IMG/VR virus record: IMGVR_UViG_3300047290_000194
Coordinates: 1 to 31,332 of that record
Strand: one strand, 5' to 3'
From: a virus
Lineage: Duplodnaviria > Caudoviricetes
DNA length: 31,332 bases
Part shown: positions 8,690 through 16,828 of the stretch, in pieces
How positions within the stretch are numbered: the stretch's first letter is position 1
Layout of the letters: each line of letters begins with the position of its first letter
Translations under genes and position numbers: made by a program
Notes under the pieces: generated by a model
Database searches by the model: none
What the model was told of the DNA's origin: nothing
What the model saw: the letters and a program-made list of their open reading frames with translations, nothing else

Positions 8690-8935
8690 ATGAAACGTCT
8701 TAGCGGCTTCACACTGATCGAACTCATGATCGTGATCGCGATCTTGGGCATACTGCTTTCAATAGCCATTCCGGCCGTCACGGGCACCCGGTCCGGCACC
8801 CCTGTTGATCTAACCTGGGGCTTCAACGGCGTGACTGAGAGTCGCTGCATCGATGGCTACCGCTTTGTGGTGGGCCATGACGGTGGAGCGCGCCAGATCA
8901 TGGATGAAATGGGCCGTGGCGTGAAGTGCCAGTAA
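8690..8935 (+). CDS. Type IV pilin-like protein (class III signal peptide)
   Basis: MKRLSG|FTLIELMIVIAILGILLSIAIP: G-1/F+1/E+5 methylation motif. Small head with two Cys. Confidence 0.9.
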   Translation: MKRLSGFTLIELMIVIAILGILLSIAIPAVTGTRSGTPVDLTWGFNGVTESRCIDGYRFVVGHDGGARQIMDEMGRGVKCQ

Positions 8936-8936
8936 C

Positions 8937-9575
8937 ATGCGCACCCTGATCACTACCCTAGTGTCAGTGGCTCTGGTCATGCCGGCCCTGGCCAAAGGCG
9001 GCAGCTCTAGTTCGAGTGGGCGCAGCTTCAGTTCAAGCAGCAGCCGCAGCTATTCGGCCCCGGCACCGCGACCCAGCACACCCGCACCTGCTCCGCGTCC
9101 GGCCACTCCGCCCCCGCCCAAACCTGCTGCACCAGTACCGGCGCCTGCTGCCAAAGAACAGCCCAAGGCCGCACCTGCTGCCGCACCCAAACCTGCACCT
9201 TCGGCCGCTCCCGCGCAGTCTCAGAAAGACGACCGCAACAAAGATGCGGCAAGGCCCGCAGCCGCTGCACCAGCCGCACCCACTGTGGTGGTGCAAGAGA
9301 GCAGCTGGTTTGATCGCAATCTGCCCTGGTTGGTCACCATGTGGGCAGTGAGCCGGCCGGCACCTGCGGCAGTAGCGGCGCCTGTCAAACAGCCCCCGGA
9401 ATGTGTGCCCAACATACCTCTGGAGCAGCAGAAAGGTTGTGTCACACCCACTGCATCCGCACCACCGGTCAAGACCGATACACAGGCCAAGCCTCAGGCC
9501 GCGCCCCAAGCCGAAAAGGCCACGGTCATGCAGCAGGGTCGCAGCTCGGGCAACCAACCCCAATCTACATGGTGA
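8937..9575 (+). CDS. Exported Ser/Pro/Ala-rich low-complexity protein
   Basis: Signal peptide ending MPALA, SSSS tract, long PAPAP linkers. Confidence 0.75.
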   Translation: MRTLITTLVSVALVMPALAKGGSSSSSGRSFSSSSSRSYSAPAPRPSTPAPAPRPATPPPPKPAAPVPAPAAKEQPKAAPAAAPKPAPSAAPAQSQKDDRNKDAARPAAAAPAAPTVVVQESSWFDRNLPWLVTMWAVSRPAPAAVAAPVKQPPECVPNIPLEQQKGCVTPTASAPPVKTDTQAKPQAAPQAEKATVMQQGRSSGNQPQSTW

Positions 9576-9579
9576 TATC

Positions 9580-10035
9580 ATGGAAGAACTGATCATAGCA
9601 CTAATCCTATTGAGTTTCTTGTCACTGGTAGTGGTGGCGATCTGGAACAGCCTACGCCAGCAACGTCGTGAGCGTGAACGAGACCGGCAGGAACATCAGC
9701 GTCGTCAGCAAGAGGCTCTACGAGAGATCCGATCCAGTTACTCTTCGGCTCCGGTCCCCCGGGCTGTGCCGGCCAGCACCACTGCTACCAGCACCTCATC
9801 CAGCAGCCCAGACCTAGTGACCTTGGCCATGCTGGCAGCAGCAGTGTCTTCAAGTACCAGCTCTGCCAGCACACAGTCAGAACCCGCACCAGTAGGTTTG
9901 CCTGAACCACGTGAAAGCTGGACTAGCGGCCCCAGCTCTAGCGACAGCTGGAGTTCGCCCTCGGACAGCGCCAGCAGCTGGAGCAGCGACAGTGGCAGCA
10001 GTTTTGGTGGCGGCGATTCTGGCAGCAGCTTCTAA
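9580..10035 (+). CDS. Single-TM protein with coiled coil and Ser/Gly-rich tail
   Basis: MEELIIALILLSFLSLVVVAIW...DSGSSFGGGDSGSSF. This is the 3' part of track ORF 9403..10035. Confidence 0.75.
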   Translation: MEELIIALILLSFLSLVVVAIWNSLRQQRRERERDRQEHQRRQQEALREIRSSYSSAPVPRAVPASTTATSTSSSSPDLVTLAMLAAAVSSSTSSASTQSEPAPVGLPEPRESWTSGPSSSDSWSSPSDSASSWSSDSGSSFGGGDSGSSF

Positions 10036-10044
10036 TTTCCACGA

Positions 10045-10073
10045 TTGACAGCTAATGGTCAAAGTGGTATAAT
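10045..10073 (+). promoter_or_regulatory. Consensus sigma70 promoter
   Basis: TTGACA-17 nt-TATAAT with TGn. Confidence 0.9.
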
Positions 10074-10104
10074 TAGCTCAGATGTGCAATAGGTAAGGCG
10101 ACCA

Positions 10105-10251
10105 ATGAAAATGAGTCACTTCAATCTGTTTATTTCCGGCTTTGCTGTGAGTGTGGCCCTGGGCGCCGTCAAGCTGGGGCTGGTGTGGCCAGCGGTGTTG
10201 ATGACTGTGCTGGCGGCCGTGAACTTTTGGATGTATTGGAGATGCCGATGA
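10105..10251 (+). CDS. 48-aa hydrophobic membrane peptide (not in track)
   Basis: MKMSHFNLFISGFAVSVALGAVKLGLVWPAVLMTVLAAVNFWMYWRCR. ATGA-coupled to the next gene. Confidence 0.65.
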   Translation: MKMSHFNLFISGFAVSVALGAVKLGLVWPAVLMTVLAAVNFWMYWRCR

Positions 10252-10631
10252 AGATCAAGATTTTGAGTTACGTAGGCGACTACGACAGCAACGATGACTA
10301 TATCCACATCCTCCGCGGTGTAACCGACTGGGAAGAAGTGGATGCGGATACTTACCACAAGCTGGCAGGTTGGTGTGCCATGAAGAATCGCACCACCAGC
10401 ATGGACGATGTGCGTTATACCATCTTCCGCCAAGACCAAATCAACGTCATGAGCTGCGTCCAGGAATACTTGGATCACATGGCCGCCGAGGAAAAGAAGC
10501 GAGCCGATGCCGCTAAGAAGCGTCTTGAAAATAAGCGTCTGAAGCTGGCCAAGAAGCAAAAGCTGGCCGAAGATCAGGAACGCAAGCTGCTTCAAGATCT
10601 CAAGAAAAAATACGAGGAACAACATGACTAA
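10248..10631 (+). CDS. Hypothetical protein with Lys-rich coiled-coil C-terminus
   Basis: GGAG RBS and ATGA overlap. Confidence 0.75.
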   Translation: MKIKILSYVGDYDSNDDYIHILRGVTDWEEVDADTYHKLAGWCAMKNRTTSMDDVRYTIFRQDQINVMSCVQEYLDHMAAEEKKRADAAKKRLENKRLKLAKKQKLAEDQERKLLQDLKKKYEEQHD

Positions 10632-10935
10632 CGAATACACCGAACAAGACCGCGCCTGCGTCAACTGTCGACATTTCCGACGCCGCTGGAATCCCATCGC
10701 CTTGATCGATACTGTCATCAGCGATGGCAGTCTGCATTATCGTTGCACTCACGAAGGAATTGACGAACGGATCAATCCAGTCACTGGTCGCAAAAAAATA
10801 ATCATACGTGATTCGTCCTGTAAGGGCATGCGCCAGCATGGTCATATCTGCGGAGTCCAAGGCAATCATTGGCAACCCAACGAACATTTCAAACGGCAAA
10901 AAGCAAATCTGTTCAAGATACTGAAGAATCAGTGA
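10624..10935 (+). CDS. Cys-rich (CxxC) hypothetical protein
   Basis: ACVNCRHF...RC...SC...ICG. GAGG RBS. Confidence 0.75.
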   Translation: MTNEYTEQDRACVNCRHFRRRWNPIALIDTVISDGSLHYRCTHEGIDERINPVTGRKKIIIRDSSCKGMRQHGHICGVQGNHWQPNEHFKRQKANLFKILKNQ

Positions 10936-10937
10936 CG

Positions 10938-11017
10938 GATCAATGACTTAGCGCGCCTGTATCCAGGTTGACCAAAATCTTGGTTTCACCTATAATAGCG
11001 GTATAGTGAATAAGGGG
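10938..11017 (+). promoter_or_regulatory. IHF-like box + sigma70 promoter cassette
   Basis: GATCAATGACTTA (10938-10950), TTGACC(10968)-17-TATAAT(10991), then GGTATAGTGAA. Confidence 0.85.
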
Positions 11018-11023
11018 CGTGAG

Positions 11024-11155
11024 ATGAAGACATTCTGCATTGTTGCCTCGGTTGGTGGTATGTTGCTGGGATTAACATCGGGCGCCACGGATGTTTTTGT
11101 GGTATTCGGCCTGTTCTACGTTTTTTTGCTGCATATGATAGCCAAAGGTTACTAA
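11024..11155 (+). CDS. 43-aa hydrophobic peptide (not in track)
   Basis: MKTFCIVASVGGMLLGLTSGATDVFVVFGLFYVFLLHMIAKGY, after AAGGGG. Confidence 0.6.
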   Translation: MKTFCIVASVGGMLLGLTSGATDVFVVFGLFYVFLLHMIAKGY

Positions 11156-11167
11156 AAAGGAATAGCG

Positions 11168-12358
11168 ATGACCATCAAACAAGTAATGAGCGGCAACGAA
11201 CTGCGAGTACCGGTAAAGATCTGGACGCAGGATATTGAACTGCAAGCTCTTGAGCAGGCTCGCAAGCTGGCTCAGCTGCCCTTCATTCACAAAAACGGCG
11301 TGGCCTTGATGCCCGACGTGCATGCTGGTATTGGCTCTACGGTGGGCTCGGTGATAGCGACTGAACATGCTGTGATCCCGGCGGCTGTGGGTGTGGATAT
11401 TGGCTGCGGCATGAACGCGGTTCGCACTAGCCTGCGCGCCGAAGACCTGCCGGATAGCCTGCGTGATGTGCGTCTGCAGATCGAGCGCGACGTGCCCCTG
11501 GGCGCAGGTGGTGCTCACAAGGAAGACCTGTCTGTGTTCCCGCAGCCCTTGGGCACTCGGGCTCGCCAACTGTTCGCAAAGCATCCCGACTTGGAAACCC
11601 GGCAATGGCATCGCCAGCTGGGCACCCTGGGCTCGGGCAACCACTTTATCGAGCTGTGCCTGGACGAAGAGGGCGCGGTGTGGATCATGCTGCATTCGGG
11701 TAGCCGTGGTGTTGGCAACACGATTGGTCGTCACTTTATCGATCAAGCCAAGCGCCTGATGGAACGGTTCTTCATCACGCTGCCGGATCGTGACTTGGCA
11801 TATTTGCCGGATGGTACCCAGGAATTCGCTGACTACATCGAAGCGATCGGTTGGGCGCAGGACTATGCTCGTGAAAATCGTGCTATCATGATGACTGCGG
11901 TGATCGCGTCGCTGCGCCGGCATATCCCGGTAGAGTTTGAGCTGACCTCCGAAGCGGTCAATGCACATCATAACTACCTGGAGATCGAGAACCACTTTGG
12001 CACCAACATGTATATCACTCGCAAGGGTGCTATCCGTGCGCGTCGAGGTGATCTTGGTATTATTCCCGGTAGCATGGGCGCCAAGAGCTACATCGTCCAG
12101 GGTCTGGGCAATCCGGAATCCTACTGCTCGTGTAGCCATGGTGCGGGTCGCAAGATGTCGCGCACCGAAGCGACTCGGCGTTTCACTGTGGAGGATTTGA
12201 AGGCACAGACTGCGGGTGTGGAATGCAACAAGACGTCCGCGGTTATCGACGAGATTCCGGGTGCATACAAGGACATTGATGTGGTCATGGAGAACCAGCG
12301 GGACTTGGTTCGTGTGGTGCATACCCTGAAGCAGGTCATGTGCGTTAAAGGTGCGTAA
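11168..12358 (+). CDS. rtcB: RNA-splicing/repair ligase RtcB
   Basis: MPDVHAG.G, GVDIGCGM, GTLGSGNHF, HSGSRG, HHNY, RKGA, IPGSMG, SCSHGAGR, DEIPGAYK. Confidence 0.97.
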   Translation: MTIKQVMSGNELRVPVKIWTQDIELQALEQARKLAQLPFIHKNGVALMPDVHAGIGSTVGSVIATEHAVIPAAVGVDIGCGMNAVRTSLRAEDLPDSLRDVRLQIERDVPLGAGGAHKEDLSVFPQPLGTRARQLFAKHPDLETRQWHRQLGTLGSGNHFIELCLDEEGAVWIMLHSGSRGVGNTIGRHFIDQAKRLMERFFITLPDRDLAYLPDGTQEFADYIEAIGWAQDYARENRAIMMTAVIASLRRHIPVEFELTSEAVNAHHNYLEIENHFGTNMYITRKGAIRARRGDLGIIPGSMGAKSYIVQGLGNPESYCSCSHGAGRKMSRTEATRRFTVEDLKAQTAGVECNKTSAVIDEIPGAYKDIDVVMENQRDLVRVVHTLKQVMCVKGA

Positions 12359-12382
12359 TTTTTCATAACAAAGGAGTGAATC

Positions 12383-12850
12383 ATGGGTTTGGACATGTAT
12401 CTCAATGGTAAGCGGTTTCTCAGCGAGTATCTTCACAAGGGTGACGACGGGATCAAACAGGCCGTGGGCCAGCTATTTCCCGAGCTCGCGGCCATGCAGA
12501 GCGGGAGTGACGAGGGCCTGGTCAAACAGATCGAGATCGAGGCCGGCTATTGGCGCAAGGCCAACCAGATCCATGCGTGGTTCGTGCGGAACGTGCAGGG
12601 TGGCCGGGACGAATGTCAACCTCATCATGTGGAACGCGATCAGCTGCGCGAGCTCCGAGATAGGTGTCAGCGGGTGCTAGACAATCATGCCCTTGCTGAA
12701 GATCTCCTGCCTGCGCAGTCGGGGTTCTTTTTTGGTGGTACCGATTACAACGAGTATTATTTCCAGGACCTGGAGCATACAATCCTGATCATCGATAAAT
12801 GCCTGGCCCTGCCCCGAGACTGGTCTTTCGAATACTGTTCCAGCTGGTAG
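12383..12850 (+). CDS. Conserved hypothetical protein (MGLDMY...YWRKANQIH.WF)
   Basis: AAGGAG RBS. Motif pattern recalled from phage hypothetical proteins. Confidence 0.85.
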   Translation: MGLDMYLNGKRFLSEYLHKGDDGIKQAVGQLFPELAAMQSGSDEGLVKQIEIEAGYWRKANQIHAWFVRNVQGGRDECQPHHVERDQLRELRDRCQRVLDNHALAEDLLPAQSGFFFGGTDYNEYYFQDLEHTILIIDKCLALPRDWSFEYCSSW

Positions 12851-12891
12851 AGCAGTTATAATCTGATCAGCTGAAAGAGAGGTTTTGCATA

Positions 12892-13332
12892 ATGACAGAA
12901 CTGAAACCCTGGATCGAAAACGTGGCCGCAGCCGACATTCCGCAAGGTTGGCACCATGACTGCGGCGCCAACGCCATGCTGATCCAGATCCGCGATCCCC
13001 ACACCAACTGGTGGCCCCAACCTCTGCATCAATTCCGGGAAGTGCACCAGTTTGAATTCCTTGATGCGGACTGGGAGGATGGCTTCCCGGAAGCGGACAA
13101 GATCCAGCCGGACCAGGCCCAGGCTTTGGTAACCCTATTGCAGCGGGCCTTGGAACATGATATGAACGTGGTGGTGCACTGCATGGCTGGAGTGTGCAGA
13201 TCGGGCGCGGTGGCTGAAGTGGGCACCATGATGGGATTCCGTGATGCGGGTCGCATGCGTATACCCAACATCCGGGTCAAGAAGATGATGATGCAGGCGT
13301 TGGGATGGTGCTATGACGAACAAACGGTTTAA
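12892..13332 (+). CDS. Cys-dependent (PTP/dual-specificity-like) phosphatase
   Basis: VVHCMAGVCRSG = HCX5R P-loop. Confidence 0.85.
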   Translation: MTELKPWIENVAAADIPQGWHHDCGANAMLIQIRDPHTNWWPQPLHQFREVHQFEFLDADWEDGFPEADKIQPDQAQALVTLLQRALEHDMNVVVHCMAGVCRSGAVAEVGTMMGFRDAGRMRIPNIRVKKMMMQALGWCYDEQTV

Positions 13333-13540
13333 GCGCCCCCCGCAGTGGTTCTTGATCCGGACCTGGCAATTCCTGCATCAGCGGGTCAGCCACTCGGATG
13401 ATCGCTACCCCAACGTCCGCCGGCGCTGGCTCAGGGCCATGCAGAGATTCAACGATCATCACTTTGCCGAGCGCGGTCTACGTTGCCGGCGAGCCACTGC
13501 TCGTTTCGTGAACCGCTATACCGCGCATCGTTGGATGTGA
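13313..13540 (+). CDS. Small Arg-rich hypothetical protein
   Basis: Overlaps the upstream stop and ends just before the convergent gene. Confidence 0.55.
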   Translation: MTNKRFKRPPQWFLIRTWQFLHQRVSHSDDRYPNVRRRWLRAMQRFNDHHFAERGLRCRRATARFVNRYTAHRWM

Positions 13541-13544
13541 TCGG

Positions 13545-14114
13545 TTACAGTCTACCAACCACTATTTCGATCAGGCCATCTGAGCCTGTAAAATCTTCCA
13601 AGCTCTTGCCCAGAAGTGCACCCGTGCGCGGATCCGCGTCTGATCGAGCCACGCCGTTGCCAGCCGACACCATCATGTCGCCCTTGCGCACATTACCGAT
13701 CACGCTGACAGGTACCCTGCCCTGAAGTGTGACCAGGACTGGATGTTGGGCTTCCAGTCCCGCGTTCATCACATAACTGGGTTTGGTCGATATCACTCCT
13801 GCCACGGTTCTGTCGCTGTCTGTGACACTCATGGTAATTTCTTGGTTGCCACCAAAGCTGACCACCGTGCCTGGCGCATAGGCTTGATCACCTGCATAGG
13901 TCTCGGCCAAGTCAGCGTACTGTGCTGATGTGGCCTTGGCGAATATGGTGTTGAAGCAGCTGGTGGAACTACCAATATTACCTACACCGTTGGCCGCAGC
14001 ATTATCAATTGCAGTAGCTATATTTGCCACGTTGACATTGAGAGTGCCAGCACTGGTGATACGCACCTTTTCACTGGGTGCTGTATTGAGACTGGAGCTG
14101 GTACTAAATGTCAT
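13545..14114 (-). CDS. Orphan fibre C-terminal module with autocleavage/chaperone-like (peptidase G2-type) domain
   Basis: EKVRITSAG fibre repeat, AQYADLAETY...PGTVVSFGG...GVIST.P...LQGRVPV...GDMMVS. ATG 14114 overlaps the TGA of the upstream micro-ORF. Confidence 0.7.
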   Translation of the reverse strand: MTFSTSSSLNTAPSEKVRITSAGTLNVNVANIATAIDNAAANGVGNIGSSTSCFNTIFAKATSAQYADLAETYAGDQAYAPGTVVSFGGNQEITMSVTDSDRTVAGVISTKPSYVMNAGLEAQHPVLVTLQGRVPVSVIGNVRKGDMMVSAGNGVARSDADPRTGALLGKSLEDFTGSDGLIEIVVGRL

Positions 14115-14191
14115 TGTCCCAGTAGGATATTGACAACACAACCATTCAGGGGATTTCTTTCTAATTGTGCTATTGAATATTTAATTTCCAT
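14111..14191 (-). pseudogene. Truncated 5' fragment of a fibre-associated gene (26 aa)
   Basis: MEIKYSIAQLERNPLNGCVVNILLGQ. AT-rich like the donor segment; resembles the N-terminus of small proteins that follow fibre genes. Confidence 0.45.
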
Positions 14192-14207
14192 TTAAATCTA
14201 CATTATT

Positions 14208-15866
14208 TTAGACTTGAGCATTTTTAGCCTCCAGTGCGGCAACTTTTGCGTTGAGTTCTTGGATAGATTTCATTAAGGCAAACATTAAGTCTGTTGTATA
14301 AACGGATTTAAGGGGTATTTCGCCTTCTTTTGTTTCCCCAAAACCATCATTATTTACAAATTCAGGTGCCACAGCTTCTACATCTTGAGCAATTACACCA
14401 AGTGTTTTTTGTTCTCCTGCTGGTTCGTCTTTGTAATTAAATGTTTTAACTGGTATAGCGCATATTTTATTAAGATAAGAACTAGCCGGCTCAATGTTTT
14501 CTTTTGTTCTTTCGTCTGAAAGATTTGTATTGTTACCAGAATAGTTTGCCACTCCACCATTTGCTTGAACATAAAAACGATAGCCGTTATTTGTAGCATT
14601 AGTGTTATATAGCAAGTAATAGTTTGAACCAGTAGAATCGTTTACAACATCGATCATATAAGGAACAGTTGCACTATAAATTTGTTTTAATCCTACACCT
14701 GTTGTGCTTCCAGAATCAGTTGTTCCAACCAGCAGATTCCCGTTGGAGTCGATGCGCATACGTTCTGAGCCACCCGTAGAGGCAGCAACGGTATCAGCGG
14801 CAGGAAACCATATTCCCGTATTCAAATCGCCTTTTGCGGCAACACTAGGAGCACTAGCCGACCCTGCGCCAAAAGATGCAACGGTATTGACAGTCAGTAA
14901 TGCGTCCGGCGAACTCGTCCCAACTCCTAGATTCGTCCCATCAAACGTCAGCGCACTCCCGCTCGTCGCAACCTTGCTGCCGTTGAGATAGAGAACGCCG
15001 TTTGCTGTGCCTGCGGAAAGAGTGGCACCATTCGTTACAGACAAAGCATTGGCAGTTAACGTCGTGCCGTCAAAAGTAAGGTTAGATGCTCCCGCTAATA
15101 CACCAGATGAGTTGTATTGAACTTGTGTATTAGAACCACCAATTGCGGGTGTTGAACCTTGAGGTCCTGTTGGTCCAGTCGATCCCGTAGCACCTTGAGC
15201 ACCTGTTGCACCTGTGGTTCCCTGCGCACCCGTAGTGCCTTGAGCTCCGGTAGTGCCTTGAGTGCCCACAGCGCCCTGTGCACCTGTTGCACCTGTGGTT
15301 CCCTGCGCACCCGTAGTGCCTTGAGCTCCGGTAGTGCCCTGAGCTCCTGTAGTTCCTTGTGTTCCAGTAGTGCCTTGGGTACCAGTTGCGCCCTGGGCCC
15401 CAGTAGTGCCCTGAGCTCCTGTTGTGCCTTGCGTTCCGGTAATGCCCTGAGCTCCTGTAGTGCCTTGAGCTCCTGTGGCACCTGTGGCACCTGTGGTTCC
15501 TTGTGCACCGGTTGCGCCTTGTGCGCCTGTATCGCCCTGTATACCTTGAGTACCTTGGGTACCAGTGGTACCTTGAGCACCCACAGTGCCTTGTGTTCCC
15601 GTGGTGCCTTGAACGCCTTGGATTCCATCTGTGCCTTGTACACCTTGTGTGCCCTGTGTACCTGTAGTACCTTGCGCACCCGTAGTACCTTGTGCACCTG
15701 TAGTGCCTTGCGTGCCGCCGCTTATGGGCGCGCCGTTGGCCAGGGCGAAACTGGCCCCTATCACGTTGCCCAATGCGGTAAAGGTGGCTGAATCGATGAC
15801 TACGTTGCCCTGTGCGCTCACAGTCTTGATAGTGTAATCACCGCTGATGCGTTTGGTTGTGCCCAT
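14208..15866 (-). CDS. Collagen-like tail/virion fibre protein with C-terminal S74 intramolecular chaperone
   Basis: Start [11 protein letters not shown] after AAAGGA. About 60 G-X-Y triplets, then [41 protein letters not shown] and GVIAQDVE. Confidence 0.88.
   Translation of the reverse strand: MGTTKRISGDYTIKTVSAQGNVVIDSATFTALGNVIGASFALANGAPISGGTQGTTGAQGTTGAQGTTGTQGTQGVQGTDGIQGVQGTTGTQGTVGAQGTTGTQGTQGIQGDTGAQGATGAQGTTGATGATGAQGTTGAQGITGTQGTTGAQGTTGAQGATGTQGTTGTQGTTGAQGTTGAQGTTGAQGTTGATGAQGAVGTQGTTGAQGTTGAQGTTGATGAQGATGSTGPTGPQGSTPAIGGSNTQVQYNSSGVLAGASNLTFDGTTLTANALSVTNGATLSAGTANGVLYLNGSKVATSGSALTFDGTNLGVGTSSPDALLTVNTVASFGAGSASAPSVAAKGDLNTGIWFPAADTVAASTGGSERMRIDSNGNLLVGTTDSGSTTGVGLKQIYSATVPYMIDVVNDSTGSNYYLLYNTNATNNGYRFYVQANGGVANYSGNNTNLSDERTKENIEPASSYLNKICAIPVKTFNYKDEPAGEQKTLGVIAQDVEAVAPEFVNNDGFGETKEGEIPLKSVYTTDLMFALMKSIQELNAKVAALEAKNAQV
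15156..15716 (-). repeat. Collagen G-X-Y (GTT/GAQ) coding repeat with an exact 59-bp duplication
   Basis: 9/18-nt periodicity. 15199-15257 is identical to 15280-15338. Confidence 0.9.
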
Positions 15867-15883
15867 TACCTGGTCCTTTTGAA

Positions 15884-15889
15884 TATTTA
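15884..15889 (-). promoter_or_regulatory. T4-late-like promoter hexamer TAAATA for the fibre gene
   Basis: CTAAATATTCAAAAGGACCAGGTAATG on - strand, with no -35. Confidence 0.6.
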
Positions 15890-15958
15890 GCACGCCCTGC
15901 AGGCAGCTGGCACCAATCGGTGATCTATTGGCCCCGATTACTGGGTGATTTACAGCAG

Positions 15959-16040
15959 AATCAAACACTTAGCGGGCACATTTTGGTTGACCACAATAGT
16001 CGTTTAGCCTATAATATGGGTATAGTGAACAGTTAGGAGC
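15959..16040 (+). promoter_or_regulatory. IHF box + sigma70 promoter + conserved leader cassette
   Basis: AATCAAACACTTA (15959-15971), TTGACC(15987)-17-TATAAT(16010), ATGGGTATAGTGAACAGTTAGGAG. Near-identical to the 4788 cassette. Confidence 0.85.
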
Positions 16041-16045
16041 AGGCA

Positions 16046-16819
16046 ATGTATCGCACAACCGCCGCAGATCGCAAGGCTGAAGCTGCCCGCTATCGTCAAA
16101 TGACTGAACTGGCGCAGCGCCACACGCCGACCCCATCATTTTACACGCCAGGTCCCCGGAGCAAAACCATGAAACCACCCCAAATGGCCACTGTGTTAGG
16201 TGCGGAAATCATGTGGGGCTTGGCAGCCTACGCAGACCGCGTGAATGGCGGCTATGTCCGAGAGACCCAGCGCGATGAACTGGGTGCAGTGGTGCGCGAG
16301 CGCAATCGAGACGTGATCAAACTGGAAGTGGCAGCGGGCCTGCCCAACGTGACCGATGCTGACATCCAGCTGGGCCGCCAGGCCCGTGACTGGCATCAGT
16401 ACCGGCTCACCCTGAAGAAACTGCGCGGCGAGCCGCTGTCGGAGTTTGAGGTCACGCTGAAAGACGCGGTGCAGCAGGAAGAATTTTCCAATCGGACCGA
16501 CGGGCTCAACATCGCTGTGGTGGCCAGCCAGATCTCTGCCTACCGCAAAGGGCAGGAACAAGAGCAGATGATGGACACCGTCGACAAGACGCCCCTGGCC
16601 CCAGTGGGTGCCAAGGTCGCAGTGGAAGCCACTGTGGTGCGCTCGGTGTATAGCCATAATTGGAACGTATTTTTTGTCACTGCTCGGACCCAGTGCAATC
16701 GCCTGGTGTTCTTTAGCTTCCGTGAAAAGCTGGAAGCTGGCACCCCGATCCGGGCGCGTGGCACTGTCAAAGCACATCGCCCGGACTCGACCCAACTGAA
16801 CCGCGTGAAACTGGTATAA
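16046..16819 (+). CDS. Hypothetical protein with probable C-terminal OB fold
   Basis: AGGAG RBS. VGAKVAVEATV...IRARGTVKAH...TQLNRVK. Confidence 0.7.
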   Translation: MYRTTAADRKAEAARYRQMTELAQRHTPTPSFYTPGPRSKTMKPPQMATVLGAEIMWGLAAYADRVNGGYVRETQRDELGAVVRERNRDVIKLEVAAGLPNVTDADIQLGRQARDWHQYRLTLKKLRGEPLSEFEVTLKDAVQQEEFSNRTDGLNIAVVASQISAYRKGQEQEQMMDTVDKTPLAPVGAKVAVEATVVRSVYSHNWNVFFVTARTQCNRLVFFSFREKLEAGTPIRARGTVKAHRPDSTQLNRVKLV

Positions 16820-16828
16820 GGAACTAGC

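Noticed and set aside
11072-12436. 454-aa - strand ORF
   Set aside because: Antisense shadow of rtcB with no motifs or RBS.
15156-15716. Periodic repeats as a CRISPR array or non-coding satellite
   Set aside because: The period is 9/18 nt with no unique spacers, and the region translates as in-frame G-X-Y collagen on the - strand.
13545-15866. Diversity-generating retroelement or invertase shufflon acting on the fibre
   Set aside because: No reverse transcriptase, recombinase, template/variable repeat pair or inverted crossover sites are visible in the window.
15867-15968. N-terminal extension of the fibre ORF to 15968
   Set aside because: It runs over the late promoter and SD. ATG 15866 is the supported start.
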